DNA of 55,286 bases from Rotaria socialis (taxonomy: Eukaryota): the NCBI GenBank assembly GCA_905331295.1, contig CAJNYD010000041.1, positions 1 through 55,286 on the forward strand. Reading direction: 5' to 3'. Position numbers and translations under genes: made by a program. The notes under the pieces are model-generated. The model worked only from the letters and a program-made list of their open reading frames with translations, searched no databases and was not told where the DNA came from. Positions 43,823 to 55,286 of this stretch are shown here, one piece after another. Numbering within the stretch: position 1 is the stretch's first letter; every line of letters starts with the position of its first letter.

Positions 43823-45854
43823 ATGCAAATAATTAAGCCTGCTAGTGGGCGAGTATTGTCTTGTATGAATATTTTCCTCAAACAACTAATTCAACGAAAA
43901 CCAATGGTGACATTGCAAGTTGAAATCGATACACAAATTGAATTTAAACGCACATTACCTTGGTGGCAATTACTTGCTATTGGTCTTGGTGCTATCATCG
44001 GTGAGTCAGATTGAAAACATTACATGCAATACGAGTATTTTATTCAGGTGCTGGCATCTTTGTATTAAGTGGACAAGCTGCTTCAAGATATGCTGGTCCT
44101 TCAGTTATCGTTTCGTTTATTTTGACTGGTATTATAGCTTTGTTCTCGGCTTTATCCTTTTCAGAATTAGGGGCAATGATGCCACTTGCTGGGTCAGTTT
44201 ATACCTATACTTATGCAGGTCAGTGAATGATTGTATTCTTATTTTTCTATCATCAGCAATTTTTTCTTTTATTATTAGCATTAGGAGGTAACCGATGAAT
44301 AGCATTGTGTAGTGAAATATGTGTTTCGCACTTTCTTTGCTTGTAGAATATCTGGCATGGTTCATTGGGTGGAATTCAATATTACTTTATTTATTTGGTG
44401 TTATGACAGTTACAGTTGCTTGGAGTGAATATGTTGTCAAGTTTATTTATATCGTGTCTGATTTCAATGCAACAAGAGCGATTGTCCAAGCGCCATTCGG
44501 ATGGAACGAAACTACAGAAGCATTCTATGTCACAGGTCAAGCGATTAATCTACCTGCAATTGCTATTACGATTGCTATTACAGTTCTTCTTATTATCGGA
44601 GTCCGTGAAACAGCGATGGTCAATCTTGTATTAGTTGTAATTAAAATCATTATTCTCTTGATTTTCATTTTCGCCTGTTGCAAATATGTAAATACAAAAA
44701 ATTACGATCCTTTCTTTCCAACCAATCTCGGTAGATCATTACTTAGCGAATATATATGTATATAAAACATGAATGATTGTGATTGTGTTTCTTAGGATCA
44801 TTTAGTGAATATGGAGTAACAGGAATGCTTCAAGCATCTACTTATGTTTTCTTTGCTTATGTGGGCTTCGATTCAGTTTCTACAGTTGCTCAAGAAGTCA
44901 AGTCACCAGAGAAATCATTACCAATCGCACTCATAGGATCCACCATTATTTCTCTCGTGTTATACATTGGAACATGTACTGTTATGGTTGGACTTGTTCC
45001 ATATGCATCATTAGATTCTAATAATCCACTAAGTGTAGCCATGTAAGTCATTTCTTATTTTGTTAGATGAAATAGTTTGTATTGATCGTAACGTTCTATA
45101 GAAAAGCTACACCTTTTGGTCTTTGGTTATCAATCATCATGAATTTAGGTGGTATTGCTGGTCTTACAACTGTAGGAATGATGGTGATGCTCTCACAAAC
45201 TCGGATATTCTATGCAATGGCTAATGATGGCTTGTTACCAAAAATATTTGCTAGAATTCATCGGAGGTGGATCACTCCTTGGATCGCCACTTTGATTTGT
45301 GGTAACTAGAGTATTTTCTTCAATAGTTTTTTGGATAAAACAAATCTTACTATTTATAGGTATCTTTTGTGCGTTTTTTTCTGGTTTCTGTCCCGTCGAT
45401 ATTCTTGGTGAAACAACATCAATCGGTGCGTTAGTATCATATATTTTTGCACATGTTTCTGTCGTAGTAGTAAGTTTTTTTGGATTTTTTTCTTGATTCT
45501 TACATCTGAAAAACTTGTTGGTAGATGCGTTTCACACATAAGGATATGCCAAGGGGATTTAAAGTGCCATGTGGTAAATGGCTCATTCCAACTGTTGGCT
45601 CGCTACTTAGTGTGCTTCTTTTGAAAGGTGTATCAAAAGCGACTGGATTCCGATTTCTTGCTTGGACACTATTGGGTCAAGTTATTTATTTCTCGTATGG
45701 TTATTGGCATTCTAAACGGCGAGAATTAAGCAGAAATGATTCGATTAATAGTATGATAGAGCTTACGGCTAATCACGAAATTACTACGGAAAATTGCACA
45801 CCAGGCGAAGTCGACATGGGTTTAGCCAGTGTACATTCTGAAAATCAAGCATAA
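43823..45854 (+). CDS. APC-superfamily cationic amino-acid permease (bacterial/fungal-type architecture), copy 1
   Basis: IGLGAIIGAGIFVLSG, AGPSVIVSF, AGSVYTY, FFAYVGFD and RIFYAMANDGLLP. In-phase exons 43823-44000, 44048-44218, 44279-44287, 44347-44730, 44796-45042, 45102-45301, 45360-45469, 45525-45854. Confidence 0.93.
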
Positions 45855-46269
45855 ACAATTTATTATACTGATCATAATAAAGTATCAAAATAAAACATTT
45901 GAAGATAGGAGAGATTTATATATAATCATGTTTATCAGCTAGTTTCGATGCGATGAGTGTTTGCTTTATGGTAACACGTATGCCTTTCTGTGCTATTTTT
46001 CGCGTCTATGAATTGCCACCCCTGGTTTGTTCTCGATCATTTCCCTCTAAAACGTAGAAGTGGGGAAATTTTTAGTTTCGTTTCATGAGTGGCCAGAAGA
46101 AACCAAATATTGAATTCAATATGCATTGTCAATCGGCACTACTCTAATTATTAGATTAGGGCGACTTTCGGTTTTATGAAAATTCATGTTAAATGACAAA
46201 ACTTCGTATCATCGTCAAAAAATGGAATATACGTCTCAAACGGCAATTTTGAAGTTTCACAGTTTCACG

Positions 46270-46561
46270 CACTAAAAAAAAGGTTCCACGCGGAACCGTT
46301 TAGTGCCAAAAATGGTTTCGTGCGTGCTACGGAACTTAAAAATAGTTTCGTACATACTACGGAACTTAAAACAGGTTTGGAGATTTGCACCGAAATCTAA
46401 ACATTTTGAAGGTTTCGTAGACTTTCATCGAAACCTTTGAAAAAACGTATCCTAGACTCTTTATAAGTCTTTTGAAAGCATATTAAGTCCATACAAAACC
46501 TCTAAGAAAGTTTCGATTTCATTGCAAATTAAGTTCCGCGTGGAACCTATATTTTTGAGTG
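46270..46561. mobile_element. CACTA-type MITE
   Basis: Termini CACTAAAAAAAAGGTTCCACGCGGAAC ... GTTCCGCGTGGAACCTATATTTTTGAGTG; 2-bp TSD cg/cg; GGAAC/GTTTCG subterminal repeats. Confidence 0.88.
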
Positions 46562-46726
46562 CGCTATCAGGTCAGATGGACCATTCAGCAGAAATGGTCT
46601 GTCGCGCGATTCATTAGCAGATTGGTTCTCTACAGTAGCCAAAGAAAAAGAAAGTTGTTAATGACAATCTGATGAAAGTTGAATGTTTTTTTTTCACTTC
46701 CTATCATACCCATTTGGCGATAAGAC

Positions 46727-46884
46727 CCCAGGAGAATCAGGGTACGTCGGAATCGGTCGGAACCGATCGGTTCCGTTGAATTCCGACGATTTCCTAACTA
46801 ACGGAGCCGACCGAAAAGCAACGGAATCCATAGGATCCGATGCCGGAAACGATCGGATCCACTGATCGGGTTGAATCTCCTGGG
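46727..46884. mobile_element. CCCAGG...CCTGGG miniature element
   Basis: TIR cccaggaga/tctcctggg; TSD ac/ac; ATCGG/CCGAT motifs. Confidence 0.85.
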
Positions 46885-46949
46885 ACGTATTTTCTCTTGC
46901 TTTCTGCTATAGTTTATCCCTATTAAAAACGCATCCTTTTCAGATATAT

Positions 46950-49900
46950 GGTCAAAACAAGTGGATCTCAAGATGAGATCCACTCCATAAATGATCATAC
47001 TGATTTTGGTTGTTGATACAATGAAATGAACAGTGATGATCAATTTGTACGTTGCATGACAGAAATTTACAAGAAACAAAATCTGAATATTTACATGAAC
47101 AAACAACAAAATACAACAATGAATCATCATGCATGTCCCAATACCCAATCACCATTAAATCGACAACAAGTAACACGACAACTACTACAGCTAATGGATC
47201 ATCCAATTACATTCGATCATATTCAAGAAATACATCACCACCAGAACCAGATATCAAAGACATCTATAATTGAGCGGGCTACACGTTCTAGTCCATCATC
47301 AACAAACCAACTAGTTTCATCAACACCACGACGACCATTAGGAGAGATTGAATCAGAAAATCAATCTCAACGACAAATAAAAATATCAAGGCCTCATGCA
47401 ATTACACCATCTGCTCCTCCACAAATATCAACAACAGTTAAACCATTTCATCTACCAACAGCACATCTTAAAGGAGCAGTATCGAATAATTTACCGCGTT
47501 TTTACAAAATTTGATAATCATATAACTCAACGTAGTATACCACCAGCCATGAAAGTGGCTAGATGAATTCGTCAAACAGTCCAACAACAATTATCTGAAT
47601 CAATAGGAGACCTTTCTATACTAATACCTGTTGGTACGAATCGATATAAATTTGGTGTAACATCAAAAAATGATTTCTTATTACTTTGGAATTGTAAGTG
47701 GCCAAATGAAATGGACAACATTGATGTTGAAATACAACAACCTCGTTCTCTACCTGATTGTTGCACACTATTAGTGTGCTATGCACCAGCTGATCTATCC
47801 AATGAATTCGTTTATCGAGAAATTACTAAATCAATTAGCTCAGCAGGTTCCTACTCAAAAATCAACTACCATCGACCCCGATCAACAAATGATTATAGAT
47901 TTTGTATAGCCGATGCAAATAAATATGAAGAAATTTTAAAGATCACTAGTGTAACAATCGAATATTTACTTCTTCAAATAACTGCATTTCGTCCTGGTTT
48001 AAAATTGACTTACTGCTCAAACTATTGGATGATTGGTCATACTAAACCTGAATGTAAAATGAACCCTCGATGTCGTAAATGCTTAGATAATTGGGAACTT
48101 GCTCATCACTGCCAAAAGCCAATATTATGTGCTCAATGTGAAAGTCCACATCTATCAACAAGTATCGAATATCCAGCGGTTTACAATTATCGCATAACAT
48201 TAAAAGATCAAGTTAAAAGAGCCATTAATGATGGATTAATAAGTCAACCCAGTATCAACCAAAAAAGAGAAGCTACTCGTTATGTTGAAGATGGGAAATA
48301 TGAAACCAAACAAACAAATGGAACTAACCAAGTATGTGAATGCTAATCAAAATCAAGAGGCAGGCCAGAAATTCAACGTGAAAATGAAAATGATCCATTA
48401 GGTGAGCTGGTATGTCGAACAAAAGATGTTTTAGATATAATACGTCGAATGGAATTGAAAATGGATAGCCAGGTTTTAAAAATTGATATCTTAGAAAGAA
48501 GACCTGTATTAAATAATGAAAGTTTGGTTGACCTAGCAAAGATCTTTCAACAGTTCATCAATACAACATTAGAAAAGAAAAACAAACAGCAACTATAAAG
48601 CTTAGTACAACGACTAGAAGTATTTAAAGAGAATGTTAGTGAAAAGTTCAATGCTATCACAATTCACAAATGATCATCAACAACAACAACAACAACAAAC
48701 ACCAACATCCCCGTCTTTACAACGGAACAGTAGCAGAATACAAACTAAGTCAACAGCTTTCAATAACAACGCGAACTACGATGGAATAGAACAAGATTCA
48801 CCAATAAGTAACGTAAATGGGTAGTAGTTACATGTCATATTCCATGAACATTGATGCAATTCCTTTTGTTCCTAACCCTTATTTCTTTTCTTCTTCTTCT
48901 TCTTCTTCTTCTTCTTCTTCGCTTGTTGATGTTAAAAGTGAAGTGATGCAAAAAGTCATAGACTGGGACTTTCGTTTCAAAATAGTGCAATATGTCAGCT
49001 CAATAGTGAGTGAATGGTTCTCAGGAAATACTCTTAATAGAATTCTTAGTTTAAGGGAAACACCAACCAATCATTCTCAATGCCAACGAAATCCATTGAA
49101 CATACTAAATTATAATGTAAAATGATGGGGAGTCCGAGCACTAGAAGCAGTGGAACTTATTTTTAACTCTGACAGCTCTATAGGAATACTCACGGACGTA
49201 GGAGAGTTATGAAAAGAATTTACCATTCCTCTCTTTAAGAGTTTTTATCAGAAGGGTACCAATAGCAAACGAGAAGTAGTTGTAGTAGTTGGAAAACATC
49301 TCAAAGCGACACGTATTGATATAAATATAGATAACTCGGCGATTGTAGATGTAGAAAGACTAACAGAACAAATTAGAATTATTGGAATTTATTGTCCCCA
49401 ATGTCAGCACAGGAACTTAGAAGATCTTACATCATACATAGCTGAAAAACTATCCTAGCTGGAGACTTTAATGCCTCAGCACAAAAATGGCAAAAGTTCG
49501 GTGACAGATGCCAGAGGTAATCAATTGAAAAAATGGATAGAAAAGAACAATTTGTTGTTCATACCTGGAACGAAGAATTCATCTAAGAGATCAGAGACAT
49601 AGTGATCTCATATTTACAAACATAGGGGATGCTGAAGCGGAAACACTTAACACAGGAACGCGCGACCATTGGTCAATAGTTATGAAAAGTGATCGAATCG
49701 GACTGCAAACGAATGGAAATGGCCCCGTAGCCGATTGGACAGTGTTTCAAATTGTTTTAACATTAATGAAATACTTTTGGATAAAGGAATCAGAAATACA
49801 AGATGCAGAAAATTGGTACTTGAACTGCACACGTTTCCTTGTAGCTCTAAAAAATAGAGTAACCAAGTGGAGAAACAGGAATAGATAATCACCATTCATT

Positions 49901-49988
49901 ATCGCCTTATATTGTAGGTATGTTAAAGGAAGTCCGTCGAATTAGAAATAAGTACTATCGAGAAAGAAAGATAAATTTCGGTGTAGAA
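46950..49988 (+). mobile_element. Degraded, 3'-truncated non-LTR retrotransposon (ORF1 gag-like with zinc knuckles, ORF2 APE endonuclease; RT missing)
   Basis: ORF1 fragments 47026-48824 carry three degenerate CCHC knuckles (CSNYWMIGHTKPEC, CRKC...HC, CAQCESPH). ORF2 from 48817 has LNILNYNV, IIGIY, LAGDFNA and DHW motifs. Many stops and frameshifts. The 5' boundary is approximate. Confidence 0.88.
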
Positions 49989-50512
49989 TAGGGGTGGCAC
50001 TTTATCTTTACTTTACCGGTTAAAATAAAGTTCGCTACTTTACTTTACCCGGTAAAGTAAAGTAAGTCAACTTTACCCGAAAAGTAAAGTAAAGTAAAGT
50101 AAAGTAAAGTGAATTAAATAAAGTTGAGTTTGTTGCCCATTTTTTAGCCCAGTATCATGCACTAATAACGCTGCAGCATATGAAAGTATTTTTGGAACGA
50201 TTTATTTATAAAAAAAAGTGGAAAATAAAGTACAGTAATGATGAAAAGGTCATATTTTTCATAGATGAACACTTTTGTATGCTGCAGCGTTATCAGAGCT
50301 TGATGCTGGCCTAGAAAATGAACAATAAGTCTAACTTAATACAAGTCACTTTACCTTACTTTACTTTACTTTTCGGGTTAAGTTTACTTACTTTACTTTA
50401 CTTTACCGAATAAAGTAAAGTTCACTGCTTTACTTTACCAGGTAAAGTAAAGTTCACTACTTTACTTTACTTTACTTTTTCAAAGTTAAGTAAAGATAAA
50501 GTGCCACCCCTA
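49989..50512. mobile_element. hAT-like palindromic MITE with (AAAGT)n subterminal arrays
   Basis: TIR TAGGGGTGGCACTTTATCTTTAC at both ends; inner inverted similarity; no matching 8-bp TSD. Confidence 0.8.
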
Positions 50513-50866
50513 ATTATGTGCTATTAGAAGATTCGCGTCACCTTAATAAATCACTTAAATGTTTACTGAACGATTGGAAATATACAATTATCAATCAACC
50601 ACTCATCAAGAGACACGCATTAATCACGATTATGGTGCAAAACTTAACTCAATCTTCAATTGTCAACCGTAACATCTCGACATCATCTAATACTTCAAAT
50701 AGAGTAAGTCTCCTAATTTAGTTCGACAAAAGAAAAATAACGTGCCAAGATTATTATTTTAAAAAGATATTAGCACATGATATTTTCATGTAAATATCTA
50801 GGCTGAATCAAATTTTTAAATCTTATGTAAAGCATATTCTTTATTTTTTTTTACTTCGCATACCAG

Positions 50867-51015
50867 TAGAGATCAGCGGAGTCGTAATTTTTGATTCCTA
50901 AACCTGACCCGATCCCGAAAAATTTTTCTTTTCAATTCCGCTTCCAACTCCGACTCGGAAGAAAGTTTTTTTTTCGATTCCGATTCCAACTCCGACTCCG
51001 ACGGTAAATTTTTCC
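50867..51015. mobile_element. Partial hAT-like MITE truncated by the assembly gap
   Basis: Starts TAGAGATCAGCGGAGTCG; tandem TCCGAC/TCCGAT subterminal motifs; the other end is not visible. Confidence 0.5.
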
Positions 51016-51115
51016 NNNNNNNNNNNNNNNNNNNNNNNNNNNNNNNNNNNNNNNNNNNNNNNNNNNNNNNNNNNNNNNNNNNNNNNNNNNNNNNNNNNNN
51101 NNNNNNNNNNNNNNN
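51016..51115. other. Assembly gap (100 N)
   Basis: Seen directly. Confidence 1.
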
Positions 51116-51567
51116 TATTTTTGCACATGTTTCTGTCGTAGTAGTAAGTTTTTTTGGATTTTTTTCTTGATTCTTACATCTGAAAAACTTGTTGGTAGAT
51201 GCGTTTCACACATAAGGATATGCCAAGGCGATATAAAGTGCCATGTGGTAAATGGCTCATTCCAACTGTTGGCTCGCTACTTTGTGTGCTTCTTTTGAAA
51301 GGTGTATCAAAAGCGACTGGATTCCGATTTCTTGCTTGGACACTATTGGGTCAAATTATTTATTTCTCGTATGGTTATTGGCATTCTAGAGCACGACTAT
51401 TAACAAGAAATAGATCAGCAAATAGTATGGTAGATCTCCCAGTAAATCTAGAAAATAATATAGGAACCGACCCGCCAAATGAATTCGAATTGGATTTAGC
51501 CAGTGTACATTCCGAAAATGAAGGACAAACAACTGACCATGCAGATATGGATAAGGGATCATACTGA
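51116..51567 (+). CDS. APC amino-acid permease copy 2, 3' end (5' part lost in the gap)
   Basis: End of the penultimate exon, the intron and the last exon (51199-51567) match copy 1; the C-terminal tail is diverged. Confidence 0.85.
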
Positions 51568-51655
51568 AATATCGAACGGCACGAGGAACTTGCATTTAAT
51601 TATATTCATCAGTTTGTTTTCACAGGATATGCGTTTGGTTTCGCATAATATACAT

Positions 51656-52244
51656 CAGAGACGTGCATAAAGCAGGACGGTCCTGTTTTCCTGTTCTGTC
51701 CTGCCGCCCTCCATGACCAAGGTAGCCAACAGGACAGGCAAGAACAGGAGAAAAAATGATGTTCTGTGCACGTGTCTGGTAGAAACTTGTTTTTGTGTGT
51801 TTCATTTTTTTTTATTTTGTGGTAAAACACTGCCTATTTGTTATTGTTTCTTTAAATAGCATCAAGCTTAAGTTATCACATTCATGCTACAATCAATCTT
51901 GTTCATATTTTTTTTCTTGTCGCAAAAAAATCAAGACATTTTTCTATTTTATTGTATTGATAAATTCGTGATAATTTTAAGTGTATCTGTTGTATTTGAA
52001 AATAATGTGAAATAAATTGAGCGTAAGATTACTAATACTAATATTTACTTTGATCGAGAACAGCTAGAGTTGGCAGTTCGAACTTCGGACTCATAATTAG
52101 TTTTCAGTTACTAGAAAAATCGAAATAAACCAGTAACGCTAACCAGGACATGGCTTTAACGTATTGTCCTGTCGCCTGTCAAGGCGAAGGTTGCCAACAG
52201 GACAGATAAGGACAGGAGAAAAAAATACTCTCTGCACGTCTCTG
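51656..52244. mobile_element. hAT-family MITE
   Basis: TIR CAGAGACGTGCA ... TGCACGTCTCTG; perfect 8-bp TSD atatacat; CAGGAC/GTCCTG subterminal repeats. Confidence 0.92.
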
Positions 52245-52779
52245 ATATACATGTCTTTTATTTTGTCATTTCTATCGTTTATAGGAGATTGCACTGTGCT
52301 TTCTTTATGAACATTTATTTTAGTACTAATGAAAGAGTCAATTGAGTAGTTTGTTTTTATACGATTGTGTCAAAATACTAAATATTGAATTGGACATGTA
52401 TTGACCATCCAAACAGCTGCATTTTTCTAAATTATAGTAGTTGAGGAGTTCGTGAAAATACATTTCAAAAAAGAAACACTTGTATTATTTTCTAAAAGTA
52501 TATTAGATGGCTAAAACGTAAATTTAGAAATGCTCAGTAATTAGTCATTATTCGGTAAAATGAATCTATTATGAGCAGCGATAATCTGTCACAGAGTTTT
52601 TCTTAGCAGATATACTTTTTCTTTAAGAACATAAAAGATGAGCAATTCTGAATTATGCTTTTAATGAAAGCTGGACGTGCTGCGAAATATAAAATTCGAC
52701 TGTGAAGAATTCATAAAGCCATAACAGGCTAGAATTTTCCTAATATTACTTATGCTTAAGTTTCATTCGTCATATTTCA

Positions 52780-53161
52780 ATCAGTGTGAAGCTAGCACGA
52801 CGGAGCTAGCACGATGAAACAGAGATTCAACTATAAGTCTTCTCAGAACTATTGCCGGTCCATAAAAACCAGACCATTCGATGCAGAATTTAATTCTGGA
52901 TCGAATGGTGGTACTTTTACTCCCCAGCAATAGTTAGGAAGAAATTTTACCTACACCTTTGTTTCCTTCTAAATAGGACAAGAAAAACCAGATAGAATTT
53001 TCACAAAGTATTGCTGGGGAATAAAAGTATCACCATTCGATCCAGAATTAAATTCTGCGTCGAATGGTCTGGTTTTTATGGGCCGGCAATACTTCTGAGA
53101 AGACTTATAGTTGAATCTCTGTTTCGTCGTGCTAGCTCAGTCGTGCTAGCTTCACACTGAT
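52780..53161. mobile_element. Mutator-like (MULE) foldback MITE
   Basis: Near-perfect inverted arms of about 150 bp starting ATCAGTGTGAAGCTAGCACGA; perfect 9-bp TSD catatttca. Confidence 0.88.
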
Positions 53162-55244
53162 CATATTTCACCGGTATCGTCGAGTGACTACACAGTGAAA
53201 AACATTTTACAGAATCTGTTGTATTAACTGACGTTCATATGTATATTAGTTCATCAAATAAATCGTCAATAGAATAGATGTATCACATATTTTGCGTAGA
53301 TCCCTTTCACTGAAAGAGATAGTGAGTGAAAGTAAAGAAGTTGTGATCACTGTTCGAGGCATGATAACCGAAATCTATCCTATAGTCTACAGATGGCACT
53401 ATTTTTTTCTACTACTCCTCTTCGTGTATATATTTGCTAGCTATAGGTTTTGTCATATAAAATTCTATGTTGTTTTTTATGCATCATCTTCATTAAATGA
53501 AAACATAGACATCTCGTTGGTTATGTACATTATGATCCTAATTCTATCTTCAGAGGTAATTTAGTTAGTTATATCGAATGAACGTTCAACAATCGTCATG
53601 ATGTTTCATATTTTATGAGAAGCTTAAGTAAGAAAAATACTTTTTCCGTTCTTTAGTTTCTCTGGTACGATAAAAAAAAAGAAAATAGTGGTTATTGTCA
53701 ACTAGATTCTTTTCATTATTTCTTGACATGGTTTTTCTAAGAAACTAAGGACTCTTTTTAACTATAGAAACCTGACAAAGAGAAGTAAAATGACGATCTA
53801 ATGGAATTTCATCTCATTACCGATTGACTACGATTTAAGAAAACAAAAGTTGAAGTGAGCTTTTACTGGTATTTTGTTGCATTTCTCGGTGATCAATAGA
53901 GAATCAAGTCGAACTATTCGAATCTGATAGTTGAAGAAATGTACGCTGAAATTGAACCAACAATGAGAAAACATAACGAAGGTAACTAAACAACAAATAA
54001 TGCGGGCTATACATAGAAAAAAGATACACATTGAGATTAAGAAAGAACGGGTATCGATATTTATTTTAGATCATATCTAATACGTTTCTACATGATCAAT
54101 AATAAACAACTGATATTCTTCTAAAATCGATTTATTAAGTGTCAATTTGTCTGCATTCCTATGACACTCACATTAGTACATGACTAATCCAACAGTGTCC
54201 AAGAACTGATAAATAGGAACTCCTAATCTGCCGAGGAATTGTCAGTGCCGCTGTGATAATTCCTACAGAAAATGGGAATTAACCGTTGATTTCGTCATAC
54301 TTCCACCATTCACGAAAGTCGCGATATTACTTTGTTTAAAATAATTTGTGCACGGAACTATTGATTCTTACAATTTTGTAGATATAGATGAGTGTAAGAA
54401 CAAAAATGATTGTGAATATTCCATATTTTCACCTTTAGTATGCAATGAATTGTAGGGGAACTGAGGTGGAATTCTTAATGCTCAGTCCTTGAACACCTCT
54501 CTTTTAAATACGATCCGTTTATTATGTTGTGATCAAATTGATCGATCGTATCGATTATAAAAGTGAAACAAGCATGATTTTCGAGAAATAATATTGAATT
54601 CGATTTCAATGTATATAAGCGTGTGCTACTCTATTGATATTGTGTAGTATTGAGAAAACGTAAATTTAATGCGATAAAACATAAGCGGTGACGTCCTCTA
54701 ACAAATCATGATTCACATATACACACAAATCACAGCATTCTATAGAAATCACTTGTGACTAAAGTAGATCGGACTGCTAAATTATACTTATTCATTCGTG
54801 ACGCCAGAAACGTTTTTTGCCTCATCTTTATTTATTTTTTTTTGCAAAGTGGTTGCTTTCATACCCAAAAAGACAGTATACAATTATATCAAAGCATCAC
54901 ATTGCATATAGGTAAAAAGAAACGTGACATAGTGTAAAATCAAAATAAGAGAAGAAAAAAGAGATACCTGACTGTAAGATTTGTTTTTACGCTTGGTTTC
55001 ATGCAATTTTATCATATTCATTCTAAGTCGTTTCTAGCCAATTTATGTTTTCACGGTTTACTTGTTTGTTTTTACTTCCGTTTTCTATGCAGATCAATCA
55101 TTATTTTTCTATATGCATATGCCGTGCCTGTCACTTGTAGACAAATATATAAATACTACCCTCTGCGACATTAGAATAAAATCATAAGTAATATAAAACT
55201 GTGCATATCTGCTCATATAATTATCTCACAATAAGCGTATCACC

Positions 55245-55286
55245 ATGCAAATAATTAAGCCTGCTAGTGGGCGAGTATTGTCTTGT
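55245..55286 (+). CDS. APC amino-acid permease copy 3, start (runs off the window)
   Basis: Identical to 43823-43864 (MQIIKPASGRVLSC); upstream 54500-55244 is homologous to about 42840-43822. Confidence 0.85.
   Translation, partial: MQIIKPASGRVLSC

Noticed and set aside
53560..54500. Coding-like degenerate stretch, possibly an old transposon remnant
   Set aside because: No recognisable motif or sustained frame; it cannot be supported without a search.

Overview
AT-rich eukaryotic DNA with short (about 50-70 nt) GT-AG introns. Composition, intron size and gene content suggest a bdelloid rotifer (Rotaria/Adineta-like); this is an inference. The left half (1-28.7 kb) holds intact genes: a class A GPCR, a multi-exon junctophilin, a Ly6/uPAR-like Cys-rich mucin-stalk surface protein, a C8orf34-like dimerization/docking-domain protein and a DLC1/STARD13-type RhoGAP-START gene, plus a 1.4-kb Tc1-like foldback element. 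After an artefact-like poly-G/N joint, the right half is an accessory or decaying region. It contains two tandem CWC22-like pseudogenes within a dense cluster of CCC...GGG, 2-bp-TSD (CMC/CACTA-type) miniature elements, an orphan FHAD1-like two-exon fragment, an hnRNP K-like KH pseudogene, and a tandem array (at least 3 copies) of a bacterial/fungal-type APC amino-acid permease with introns and a 9-nt microexon. A nest of transposons in this half includes a degraded LINE whose ORF2 starts with a PAM2-like motif. All exon models and homology calls were read by eye and recalled from known families; no searches or alignments were run.
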